From positions 516,284 to 580,283 of the forward strand of contig OY970318.1 in the NCBI GenBank assembly GCA_963716565.1: a stretch of 64,000 nucleotides of DNA, given 5' to 3'. Position numbers and translations under genes: made by a program. Shown here piece after piece: positions 47,929 through 55,930 of this stretch. The notes beneath the pieces were generated by a model that saw only the letters and a program-made list of their open reading frames with translations, did not search any database and had not been told where the DNA came from. The first letter of the stretch is position 1. Each line of letters starts with the position of its first letter. This stretch comes from an uncultured Candidatus Saccharibacteria bacterium (GTDB lineage: Bacteria; Patescibacteriota; Saccharimonadia; Saccharimonadales; CAIOMD01).

Positions 47929-48954
47929 CTATGTTTTATTCAGTTCGGCACTGAGTTTTTCTAAAATTTCGGCAGCCAGTGGGTTCATACCATTCAAAAT
48001 GCTCAAATAAATTGCTACGAAATCGGCGAAAACAACGCCCCAGAGCAACTGTTCTGCCAGAGTTTTGCCATTAGGCTCAACAATGTACGGCGCCGGTCGC
48101 CTACCCGACAATAAGCGCTGAGTATTATCGTAATATTTTTGAACATCAGGCTCTTCAAATTCGGAGCGCATTTGTACCACAACGTACGGCTTGTGCAAAG
48201 GCTGGCTAGTCCAGCCCATAAAGTCATCGTACGAAGGCAAAGTTACGAACCAAGCTAAGTTTCTGGCGTAGCGGTTAACATTGGATTTTAAATGCCCCGC
48301 CACGGGTAACATTTTATGGCCACTAGTTACAACAACCGACTTACCAACCAGTTCTAATGCTAGTTTTTTAGCTGGATTATTTTTGGCTGCTACATCCGAC
48401 CGCCAATCACCAACAGCTAGCTTCAGGGCCTCTACCGCTTCTTCGGCCTGCAAGCCAAAACCGCTGCTCAGCTTTAAGGCATCAAATGCCGTAGCTAGCG
48501 CCTTTATGAAAAATAGCGAAGCAAAATCTTCGTTTGCGCCATCGGGTAATTCGATTGCTTGGTGCCCATCTTTTGTGGCCTTTTTTAACAACTCGCTGTC
48601 AGTAGAAATAACTAGCACCTTGGCGCCAGCAATCTCAGCTTGAGCTAGCATACTCAAAACTAACTTTGTCTCGCCAAGATAATCGGCCACGATTACCAAC
48701 GTTTTTGGGCCAACAAAACTGGGAATTTTAGAATTCTGGTTAATTATTAAGGGTATGGGGCAATCGCACCACGAAGCTAAAAAGTTGATGGCTGTTATTG
48801 AGCTATCAGTGGCACATAATAAAACGCTATCGAAATCTTTTATTTTGCCTAGGTCGGCATTAAAACGACACAGCAATTGTTGCCATTGTTTTTCGGCCAT
48901 GCCCAATGCATCATTTTTATCGCGTTCGTGGATTAATCTTAAGTCGTCTAACAT
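47929..48954 (-). CDS. SIS-domain bifunctional phosphoglucose/phosphomannose isomerase family protein
   Basis: 341 aa. The length, the MLDDLRLIHERD...ALGMAEKQWQQL N-terminus and the two SIS-like halves fit the bifunctional PGI/PMI family. Confidence 0.6.
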   Translation of the reverse strand: MLDDLRLIHERDKNDALGMAEKQWQQLLCRFNADLGKIKDFDSVLLCATDSSITAINFLASWCDCPIPLIINQNSKIPSFVGPKTLVIVADYLGETKLVLSMLAQAEIAGAKVLVISTDSELLKKATKDGHQAIELPDGANEDFASLFFIKALATAFDALKLSSGFGLQAEEAVEALKLAVGDWRSDVAAKNNPAKKLALELVGKSVVVTSGHKMLPVAGHLKSNVNRYARNLAWFVTLPSYDDFMGWTSQPLHKPYVVVQMRSEFEEPDVQKYYDNTQRLLSGRRPAPYIVEPNGKTLAEQLLWGVVFADFVAIYLSILNGMNPLAAEILEKLSAELNKT

Positions 48955-49020
48955 TTGGCCGTTTCTCCTAAGCTACTTATAAGTTAACACGCCCTTCTGT
49001 TCCATGATAGTGATTTCTCA

Positions 49021-49076
49021 CAAGTAGTGAATTAGCAAGTAAGCGAGTGGCGAGTTAATAACTTGCTACTAAGCAA
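49021..49076. repeat. Family B element B5 (upstream of the 206-aa ORF)
   Basis: CAAGTAGTGAATTAGCAAGTAAGCGAGTGGCGAGTTAATAACTTGCTACTAAGC. Confidence 0.7.
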
Positions 49077-49140
49077 TGTTTAAAAAATATTGCGCTTATG
49101 CTATCTTTAGAGTAAAGAATTATAAAAACAAGGGGGTGGA

Positions 49141-49761
49141 ATGTTCGGTCAAAATCAAGACGATCAGCAAGCGGTGGTACCGCCACCAGATAATATGGCC
49201 AGCGCGCCTGCTAATCCTATGGCCGTAGTGCCAGAACCGCCAATGCCCGGTGATCCAAATATTGTTAGGCCATATACGGCTAGTTTGGCAGAATTAGAGC
49301 CCGAGGTTCAGCCTATTTCGCCAGCGCCTCAAGCAGACGATTTAGCTATACCAAATGATATTAAAGACGAAGATGTAGCGCCAATGCCGGTTTCTGAGCC
49401 AGCAGTTCAGCCAGTTGCACCACAAACTACCGACGAAGAAGATGATGAACCAGAAGCAGCCTTTTCTAAAGATGGCGGTACTTATAAATCCGATTCGCAA
49501 GATGACGATAGGCCAACCACGGATACAGATTTAGATGAATTAAAACGCAAGGCTCTAGAAGCTTTGTCGCCATTAGTTGATGAGCTCGATCAAACCCCGG
49601 AAGAAAAATTCCACACCACTATGATGATGGTTCAGGCCGCAGACAATAAAGATTTGCTACCAAAAGCTTACGAAGCAGCTCAAGCTATAGATGACGACAA
49701 AGTCAAAGCCCAGGCTTTACTAGACGTTGTTAACGAAATCAACTACTTTTCTCAGAATTAG
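49141..49761 (+). CDS. Acidic Pro-rich hypothetical protein
   Basis: 206 aa. SD AAGGGGGTGGA. The N-terminal 130 aa or so are Pro/Asp/Glu-rich and the C-terminal 70 aa or so are helical. Confidence 0.45.
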   Translation: MFGQNQDDQQAVVPPPDNMASAPANPMAVVPEPPMPGDPNIVRPYTASLAELEPEVQPISPAPQADDLAIPNDIKDEDVAPMPVSEPAVQPVAPQTTDEEDDEPEAAFSKDGGTYKSDSQDDDRPTTDTDLDELKRKALEALSPLVDELDQTPEEKFHTTMMMVQAADNKDLLPKAYEAAQAIDDDKVKAQALLDVVNEINYFSQN

Positions 49762-49866
49762 ATGTTAGATATTAGACGTTAGACGTTAGAAATATCGAAA
49801 GTTATTAATTAAAATTAGCTCCCCGAATGGGAGCTAATTTGCTTAGTATCTATCGTCCAGCGTCTA
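49759..49866. repeat. Family A element A4 (convergent gene pair, flanks the terminator hairpin)
   Basis: The left arm is TAGATGTTAGATATTAGACGTTAGACGTTAGAAA. The right arm is TAGTATCTATCGTCCAGCGTCTA. The outermost TAG and CTA triplets are the stop codons of the two convergent ORFs. Confidence 0.8.
49812..49840. terminator. Bidirectional intrinsic terminator between convergent genes
   Basis: AAATTAGCTCCC-CGAAT-GGGAGCTAATTT is a perfect 12-bp stem. An A-run and a T-run flank it, so a U-tract follows the stem on either strand. Confidence 0.7.
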
Positions 49867-50178
49867 TTCTGGTTCCGGCCCAGTATTAGGAATAGTATCA
49901 GTAACTTGTTCGATTACTATTGCTGGAGTGGGGGTTGGGGTTGGCGTTGACGTGGGCGAAGGGCTCACTTCTACTATTGCGGGCACTGGCTGATCATCGC
50001 CGGCGATTTTTCTATATATCCAGCGACCGCCAATAAATATGCTAAATATCAAAGCTGCACCCACAAACGCCGCTACCAAGCTAAACAGAACAGCCATCGG
50101 CCGGCTTACAACCTCGGCATCTTTTGAGTTTAATAAAAGATCATCTTCTTCCTTGTTTCTAAATAAACGCCATTTCAT
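49864..50178 (-). CDS. Small single-TM protein with Pro/Thr linker
   Basis: 104 aa. TM helix MAVLFSLVAAFVGAALIFSIFIGG, then SPSPTSTPTPTPTP, ending IPNTGPEPE. Confidence 0.4.
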   Translation of the reverse strand: MKWRLFRNKEEDDLLLNSKDAEVVSRPMAVLFSLVAAFVGAALIFSIFIGGRWIYRKIAGDDQPVPAIVEVSPSPTSTPTPTPTPAIVIEQVTDTIPNTGPEPE

Positions 50179-50262
50179 AGGTAAACTCCCTTATCTGCCG
50201 TCATTATATCGCCGCATCTTTACAAACACAAATTATCATTTTGTACTAAGCGTTAGCGTAAT

Positions 50263-50288
50263 AAAAAGCCCCCAAACGGAGGCCTTTT
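50263..50288 (-). terminator. Intrinsic terminator of the groES-groEL operon
   Basis: The minus strand reads GGCCTCC-GTTT-GGGGGCTTTTTATTA downstream of the groEL stop. Confidence 0.6.
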
Positions 50289-50331
50289 ACTTTTTATTTA
50301 CTACTTATCACCTATTGTTTGCGATTAGCGT

Positions 50332-51960
50332 CTAGTAGTCCATTCCCATGCCGCCGCCAGCTGGCATGGCTGGAGCAGCTTTTTCGGGGATATCTACCAC
50401 CAACGCACCCATAGTCATAGCCGTACCGGCAATGCTAACTGCGTTTTGCAAAGCTTCTTTGGCAACACGCGTTGGGTCAACAATACCGGCAGCTTTTAAG
50501 TCAACTAGTTTGGCTGGATTATTAACATCTAAGCCTAGACCAGTCTTACCATTTTTAACCTGCGGCAACCATTCGTCGGCATTTAAGCCAGCGTTAGATA
50601 GCAATATCCTAAAGGGCTGTTCCAGGGCGTTCTTTAGCAACTGAGCGCCTGGTTCTTCGCTTTTTACAGTACTGCCTAAGTTGATGTAAGTTACGCCCCC
50701 GCCAGGTACAATGCCTTCGTCTAAGGCGGCTTTTACAGCTGCTACGGCATCATCCACGCGGTATTTCTTTTCTTCTATTTCGGTTTCGGTAGCGCCGCCA
50801 ACTTTAATAACGGCTACTTTTCCACTTAGTGCAGCTCGGCGCTTTTCTAGATTTTCTTTATCGTATTCGCTAGAAGCATTCTTAATTTGAGCGTTGATTT
50901 GGTCAATGCGCGCCTTAACTTCACTAACACTGCCGTTACCTTCTACAATCGTGGTGTTATCTTTGTCGGCGATAACTTTGCGAGCCGTACCCACAAAAGT
51001 TAAGTCGGCATTTTCAAAACTGTGCCCTTGTTCTTCGCTAATAACAGTGGCACCGGTAAGAATAGCGATATCGTTTAAGATGTCTTTTCGCCTATCGCCA
51101 AACGATGGAGCCTTAATGGCTAAGGTATTAAACACACCTTTTAGCTTATTAAGTACCAATGTGGCCAAGGCTTCCCCTTCTATATCCTCAGCAATCAAAA
51201 CTAAATCTTTTTTACCAGCCTGAGCCATTTTTTCTAGTAGCGGTAAGAATTCTTGAATAGACGAAATCTTTTTATCGGTAATAACAATGGCTGGCTTTTC
51301 GTAAACAGCTTCCATGCGAGCAGCATCGGTTACAAAGTATGGGCTAGCAAAGCCACGGTCGATGGTAAAACCCTCTACTACTTCGCTTTCTAGTATTAAG
51401 CCCTGGCCTTCTTCTACGGTTACTACGCCGTCTTTGCCAACTTTATCCATAACCTCGGCAATTAGCTTGCCAATAAGCTCGTCGCCAGCAGAAATTGTAG
51501 CCACTTCGGCAACTCGCTTATTATCACTTTTAATGTCTTCGCTTAAGGTAGCTAGCTTGGTAATGGCTTCGTGACCAGCAGCCTCTAGGCCTTTGCGCAA
51601 TTGCATGGGGTCATGGCCGGCGGCAATTAGGCGATTAGCTTCCTTTAAGATGTGGTAAGTCAATATTGTAACGGTGGTAGTACCATCACCGGCTACATCG
51701 TTCATTTTGTTGGCGGCTTGCTTAATAAGTTCGGCACCAACTTTGTAGCCCAAAGTTTCGTCGTTGTCTTCGGGTAAATCTACGCCCTTAGCTACAGTTA
51801 CGCCGTCGTGAGTAACGCTTGGGCTGCCATAACTCTTGCTAATAACCACGTTGCGCCCTTTGGGGCCCATAGTGGTTTTAACGGCGTTATATAAAATTTC
51901 GGCTCCACCTAATACACGGCGGCGAGCATCATCATCATAAAAAACTTTCTTAGCCATCAA
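50332..51960 (-). CDS. groL: Chaperonin GroEL
   Basis: 542 aa. AKKVFYDDDARRRVL..., VAGDGTTTVT and a GGM-type C-terminus (GGGMGMDY). Confidence 0.95.
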   Translation of the reverse strand: MMAKKVFYDDDARRRVLGGAEILYNAVKTTMGPKGRNVVISKSYGSPSVTHDGVTVAKGVDLPEDNDETLGYKVGAELIKQAANKMNDVAGDGTTTVTILTYHILKEANRLIAAGHDPMQLRKGLEAAGHEAITKLATLSEDIKSDNKRVAEVATISAGDELIGKLIAEVMDKVGKDGVVTVEEGQGLILESEVVEGFTIDRGFASPYFVTDAARMEAVYEKPAIVITDKKISSIQEFLPLLEKMAQAGKKDLVLIAEDIEGEALATLVLNKLKGVFNTLAIKAPSFGDRRKDILNDIAILTGATVISEEQGHSFENADLTFVGTARKVIADKDNTTIVEGNGSVSEVKARIDQINAQIKNASSEYDKENLEKRRAALSGKVAVIKVGGATETEIEEKKYRVDDAVAAVKAALDEGIVPGGGVTYINLGSTVKSEEPGAQLLKNALEQPFRILLSNAGLNADEWLPQVKNGKTGLGLDVNNPAKLVDLKAAGIVDPTRVAKEALQNAVSIAGTAMTMGALVVDIPEKAAPAMPAGGGMGMDY

Positions 51961-51973
51961 CTTATCCTCCTAA

Positions 51974-52240
51974 TTATTTAACAACCGCATAAATATCTTC
52001 TTCTTTGATTAGAAGATATTCTTTTGCTTCGACTTTAACTTCGCTATGGCTGTAACCACCATAAATAATCTTGTCACCGACTTTTACTTCTTTTACATCT
52101 TTGCCAACAGCTAAAACTTTAGCGATTTTGGGCTTTTCGGCCATTTTATCTGGCAAATAAATGCCACTGGCAGTTTTAGTTTCGGCTTCTTCTTGAGTAG
52201 CCACGACGTATTGGGCAAGGGGTTGGATTTTTGCGCTCAT
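51974..52240 (-). CDS. groS: Co-chaperonin GroES
   Basis: 88 aa. IQPLAQYVVATQEE..TASGIYLPD. Located directly upstream of groEL. Confidence 0.9.
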   Translation of the reverse strand: MSAKIQPLAQYVVATQEEAETKTASGIYLPDKMAEKPKIAKVLAVGKDVKEVKVGDKIIYGGYSHSEVKVEAKEYLLIKEEDIYAVVK

Positions 52241-52276
52241 TAAAACTCCTCCAATTTGCTTATATTACTGCTTATT

Positions 52277-52303
52277 TTAGCACTTTAGACGTGCGAGTGC
52301 TAA
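52277..52303 (-). promoter_or_regulatory. CIRCE operator (HrcA binding site) upstream of groES
   Basis: TTAGCACTT-N9-GAGTGCTAA matches the CIRCE consensus TTAGCACTC-N9-GAGTGCTAA at 17 of 18 positions. It lies 37 nt upstream of the groES start. Confidence 0.8.
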
Positions 52304-52342
52304 CTTTTACACTCATATTTTAAACGTTCTAAAAATTTAATG

Positions 52343-53692
52343 TCAAGATTTGGTTTTAATAATTTGTGTAACTTTTTTAACGTAACTATCTAATTTTTCT
52401 TTGGTGTCGGCTTCGGCATTTAGGCGCAACAACGGCTCGGTATTGCTGGGCCGCACATTAAACCAGCCATCTTTAAAAGTTAAGGTAACACCATCCAACC
52501 AATCAACTTCTGCGCCTCCAAAAGAATCGGCGAGTTTTTTCATGGTAGCTTCTTTATCGGTTACTTCAAAATTAGTTTCTTCGATTGAGTAGTATTTTCT
52601 GAATCTGTCGGCCAGCTTACTGAGTTTTGTATTGCTTTTACATAGCAATGCCAGTGCCACTATGGCAGAAATCAAGCCACTGTCGGCCATAAAATTATCT
52701 TTGAAGTAGTAATGATGGCTGTGTTCGCCAGCAAACAAAGCATTGTGGGTACGCATATCGTCTTTGATTATGCTATGCCCAACCCTTGTGCGAACAGCCT
52801 TACCGCCATGTTTTTCGATAGCTTCGCGGGCCACACGGCCAACGATAGCGTTATACAAAATGGTCGAACCAGGCTTTTTACCTAAAAAGTATTCGGCCAA
52901 TATAGCGGTCATTACGGTCCCACTTATGGGCTCACCTTTTTCGTCTACCAATACCGCTCGGTCGCCGTCACCGTCGAAGGCTAAACCAGCGTCGCATTTT
53001 TGATCTTTTACAACTCTAATTAAATCTTGGAGGTTCTTAGATTCTATAGGGCTGGCCGGATGATTCGGAAAAGTGCCATCTAGCTCAAAATACATTTCGG
53101 TTACTTCAAAAGGCACATAGGGCTCAAGTTCGGGGAACACCTTGCCCATCATGCCATTGCCAGCATCAACGGCAATTTTTAATGGCTTTAAATCGTTTAC
53201 GTCTACAAACGTTAAAACGTGGCTTATCCAATCTTCGGTAATATCTTGCTTGGTAACTGTGCCCTTTTGGGTAGACGTCTTAAATTTACCAGCTATAACG
53301 TTGTCTCTGATTTCGGCCAAACCAATATCTAAACTGATTGGCTTAGCTTCTTCTCGGCAAAATTTTATACCGTTATATTCGCCAGGGTTATGACTGGCGG
53401 TAATAACTGCTCCACCGGCTAAACCATAATTGCCGGCTGCAAAATAAACCATATCACTCGATATTAAGCCAACATCAATAACATCCCGCCCTTGCATGGT
53501 GAGCCCTTTTATCATGGCCTCCGCCAGCTCACTGCTATCTGGCCGCATATCGTGGCCAACTGCCACCGGCCCATCTTTTGGCAACCAATCAGCCATGGCT
53601 TTGCCTATTTTTTCTACCGTTTCTACAGTTAGCTCTGTGCCGACCTTGCCACGTACATCATAAGCTTTAAATATATTATTTATGTCATTCAT
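52343..53692 (-). CDS. Alpha-D-phosphohexomutase (phosphomannomutase/phosphoglucomutase or GlmM-type)
   Basis: 449 aa. Phosphoserine loop TASHNPGEYNGIKF and metal loop FDGDGDRAV. Confidence 0.85.
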   Translation of the reverse strand: MNDINNIFKAYDVRGKVGTELTVETVEKIGKAMADWLPKDGPVAVGHDMRPDSSELAEAMIKGLTMQGRDVIDVGLISSDMVYFAAGNYGLAGGAVITASHNPGEYNGIKFCREEAKPISLDIGLAEIRDNVIAGKFKTSTQKGTVTKQDITEDWISHVLTFVDVNDLKPLKIAVDAGNGMMGKVFPELEPYVPFEVTEMYFELDGTFPNHPASPIESKNLQDLIRVVKDQKCDAGLAFDGDGDRAVLVDEKGEPISGTVMTAILAEYFLGKKPGSTILYNAIVGRVAREAIEKHGGKAVRTRVGHSIIKDDMRTHNALFAGEHSHHYYFKDNFMADSGLISAIVALALLCKSNTKLSKLADRFRKYYSIEETNFEVTDKEATMKKLADSFGGAEVDWLDGVTLTFKDGWFNVRPSNTEPLLRLNAEADTKEKLDSYVKKVTQIIKTKS

Positions 53693-53759
53693 AGCACTCT
53701 ATTGTAGAGCATTTTGGTCTGTAATAAAAAAGTGGCAGGTATGACAGCATTATTATGTA

Positions 53760-53788
53760 TTGTCAATCTTTTCATTTAGGTGTATAAC
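53760..53788 (+). promoter_or_regulatory. Putative promoter P1 of island cassette 1
   Basis: TTGTCA-17 nt-TATAAC in the AT-rich spacer, about 90 nt upstream of the GTG at 53881. Confidence 0.45.
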
Positions 53789-53880
53789 ATAATTTATCTC
53801 GCTAAAGGGGTACGCCCTAATAGCAGACGCACCGCCAAGCTGGGGAGCTTGGCAAAACCGATCGAAAGGGGAAACCGACC

Positions 53881-54417
53881 GTGTGCAAACCAACAGGCGC
53901 AAGATGGTCAGACAATGGAGTGGCAGTAAGGACCGACCCCGAGAAGTACGGCCTGAATCGCGAACAGGCTATCGGGCTCGCCACGAACGTCCTGAAACTC
54001 CCACTCGTAGACCAGTTGCCTGAGGGCGACGAGGCCTGGTGCTACATCAGGGATGAGCACTTCGGTGGCAAACCCACCGAAAGAGCAGCACAGGAAGTAG
54101 AACAGAGTCTGGCAGCTCTGTTCGGCAAGGTGCATGGGAAAACCCATGACCTAGTGGTGTTCGAGAACGACACCAATGCATGCAGGGTGAAGCTGTCTTC
54201 GGTCAGTACTATCACTGCTGACAGCCGAGAGGTCATCGCGAGAGCAGTACACCGAGTCAAGGGCGTCGGCCTAATACGCATACGCGAAGGCAACATCTTC
54301 GCGTGGACGGAGAACGAAGCTGACGCGGCCAACCCCGACATCATGAGCGCCATCAGGAGCGCCGTCAGGGCCAACATGCCACTGGAAGCCTGCGTAGAGA
54401 TCGCGAACCAACCCTGA
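53881..54417 (+). CDS. Island ORF1, orphan 178-aa protein
   Basis: GTG start 8 nt after the SD GAAAGGGGA (53864-53872). GC-rich codons and a balanced, globular-looking composition. No motif I recognise. Confidence 0.55.
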   Translation: MCKPTGARWSDNGVAVRTDPEKYGLNREQAIGLATNVLKLPLVDQLPEGDEAWCYIRDEHFGGKPTERAAQEVEQSLAALFGKVHGKTHDLVVFENDTNACRVKLSSVSTITADSREVIARAVHRVKGVGLIRIREGNIFAWTENEADAANPDIMSAIRSAVRANMPLEACVEIANQP

Positions 54418-54493
54418 CCCTTTCGACACGTCCGAGTGACCATCGTGGCTACCACGTAGCATAGCTGGCCCCTTAGTCACTCAATATCCAAGT

Positions 54494-54522
54494 CCTGGGC
54501 GCCCCCAAAAGGGGTGCCCAGG
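54494..54522 (+). terminator. GC-rich stem-loop after island ORF1
   Basis: CCTGGGCGCCCC-CAAAA-GGGGTGCCCAGG (12 bp with one G-U pair). No clear U-tract follows, so its role as a terminator is uncertain. Confidence 0.4.
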
Positions 54523-54577
54523 ACGGTCGTATAAACTTTAAGCCACAATTTTGCATTACAGACAAGATGATTACATC

Positions 54578-54606
54578 TTGTTTTTTTATTTACTTTATTG
54601 TATAAT
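54578..54606 (+). promoter_or_regulatory. Putative promoter P2 of island cassette 2
   Basis: TTGTTT-17 nt-TATAAT (preceded by TG) in the AT-rich spacer. Confidence 0.5.
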
Positions 54607-54691
54607 ACTGCCCAATGATAGGGAGCATCTGCTCTCTTGAATTGTTCCGTGCCGAGCTGGGGAGCTTGGCAAGATCTAGAAAGGGGATACG

Positions 54692-55123
54692 GTGGCACAT
54701 CCAAGGATAGATTCCGGAGATGCACGAACAAAGGTACATCATTGTCGAGCCTCAAGGCCGGCAGAGGGTGGAGCCCTAAACGCCAGCAGGATGCAGACCG
54801 GCAGAGCCATGAAGCCACTACCGGCATCGTTGCATCCCGAAGAAGTGGTCAGCCGGCTAGATGAAGTCTGTGGGGGCAATCTGTCGGTGATCTTGGACGA
54901 TGGTAGCCAGGTAGAGCTCAAGTGCAAGGCGGCTACTGCTTCCGTCCGAGACAAGCTGTACGTATGCATAGAGTTTGCGGCCGAAGACTGCAAGCTGGAT
55001 CATCGTCGGCGCTGTTTCGACAAGGTCCTCAGTATCATCGAGGGCGTCATGGACGAACTTGGGGTAGACGTCGTGCTCAAGCAATACGAGCAAGAGGCCG
55101 AAGCTTCATCCCGGCCATCATAG
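54692..55123 (+). CDS. Island ORF2, orphan 143-aa protein (start uncertain)
   Basis: GTG 4 nt after the SD GAAAGGGGA (54679-54687), with a leader homologous to ORF1's. The first 39 aa or so are Arg-rich and atypical. Alternative ATG starts are at 54791 and 54809. Confidence 0.45.
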   Translation: MAHPRIDSGDARTKVHHCRASRPAEGGALNASRMQTGRAMKPLPASLHPEEVVSRLDEVCGGNLSVILDDGSQVELKCKAATASVRDKLYVCIEFAAEDCKLDHRRRCFDKVLSIIEGVMDELGVDVVLKQYEQEAEASSRPS

Positions 55124-55251
55124 GCCTTACCCTTTTCTAGAGCGTCACTGAGGTTTCTTGTGTGGCTTGAGGTCGGTGCTGGTATACGCGATATCAGCTT
55201 TCCCCGCTAACCTCTTAGCCCTAGTCAGAACATCTCACACGCCTTTCCGCT

Positions 55252-55305
55252 GAGCCCGCGGGCCTTCTCTACCACAGAGAGGGCCTCGGGCTCGAATTAT
55301 TTTTA
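55252..55305 (+). terminator. Intrinsic terminator of island cassette 2
   Basis: GAGCCCGCGGGCCTTCTCT-ACCAC-AGAGAGGGCCTCGGGCTC followed by GAATTATTTTT. Confidence 0.6.
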
Positions 55306-55424
55306 GCCTTATTTTGATTATTCTTGATTCTTTCTAAAGATATATGCAATTATTTAGTATCTCTAGGCAGTTCCTAGGGAAAGCACAATCTTTGTGCTGC
55401 ACATCAACATCGAAGGGAGTGCAA

Positions 55425-55769
55425 GTGGCACAGACCAAAAGAAGGCCTAAGCGATCGTCCGTCAAGCAGTGTGGCTCAGAGGTAACTCACATAGAGATGC
55501 CCCTGGGCGAGAAGGTATCATCTAAGCACGTCGCGGACATACTCCGCCAGTGCTTAGAAGACAACCCAATCGCTGAGCTCAGCCAACACGGTATCAGGCC
55601 AAAGGTCAAGCCCTTGAGCAACAAGATCTTGGTGATCCTAAGTCACCCCATCTCGAGTAAGCGCTTGGTCGACACGGTTAGGAACCGATTGCAGATGATA
55701 ATCGACGACGCCGTGGCCCAGATCAAGCTCGAAGCTACGCAGCAAAGCGCCATCCAGGCAACGGCGTAG
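55425..55769 (+). CDS. Island ORF3, orphan 114-aa protein
   Basis: I prefer the GTG at 55425, 5 nt after the SD GAAGGGAG (55412-55419). The ORF-track ATG at 55344 lies in the AT-rich promoter spacer. Basic N-terminus AQTKRRPKRSS. Confidence 0.5.
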   Translation: MAQTKRRPKRSSVKQCGSEVTHIEMPLGEKVSSKHVADILRQCLEDNPIAELSQHGIRPKVKPLSNKILVILSHPISSKRLVDTVRNRLQMIIDDAVAQIKLEATQQSAIQATA

Positions 55770-55791
55770 CCAGCCTCCCTCCGTGCACCAA

Positions 55792-55824
55792 CCCGGCGCC
55801 CCTATCGCAAACAGGGGCGCCGGG
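55792..55824 (+). terminator. GC-rich stem-loop after island ORF3
   Basis: CCCGGCGCCCC-TATCGCAAACA-GGGGCGCCGGG, a perfect 11-bp stem. It belongs to a block conserved with the ORF4 terminator. Confidence 0.5.
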
Positions 55825-55848
55825 CCCCTACCATTTAGCCTAAAATAT

Positions 55849-55877
55849 TTGACATTCGTTAATCAAAATTGTACAAA
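55849..55877 (+). promoter_or_regulatory. Putative promoter P4 of island cassette 4
   Basis: TTGACA-17 nt-TACAAA (preceded by TG). Confidence 0.45.
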
Positions 55878-55930
55878 ATATACATCTTGAGTTTTTAGCC
55901 AAGCGAACATCGAGCGGAAGGAGAGCTGCC

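Noticed and set aside
49864-49900. The IPNTG motif near the C-terminus of the 104-aa protein could be a sortase sorting signal.
   Set aside because: The motif is followed only by PEPE and the stop, with no hydrophobic segment or basic tail. It is not a canonical LPXTG signal. Truncation by the adjacent repeat element is conceivable but unsupported.
54042-54827. Long minus-strand ORFs inside the GC-rich island (54042-54455, 54271-54480, 54477-54827, 54739-54993, 54857-55093, 56090-56509).
   Set aside because: Open frames on all strands are expected by chance in GC-rich DNA. These lack an SD and a sensible start context, and they run across the promoter and terminator modules that fit the plus-strand cassettes.
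55344-55424. The ATG at 55344 as the start of island ORF3, as given in the ORF track.
   Set aside because: It lies in the AT-rich promoter-like spacer without an SD and would add an odd 27-aa N-terminus. The GTG at 55425 has the SD GAAGGGAG 5 nt upstream and matches the layout of the other cassettes.
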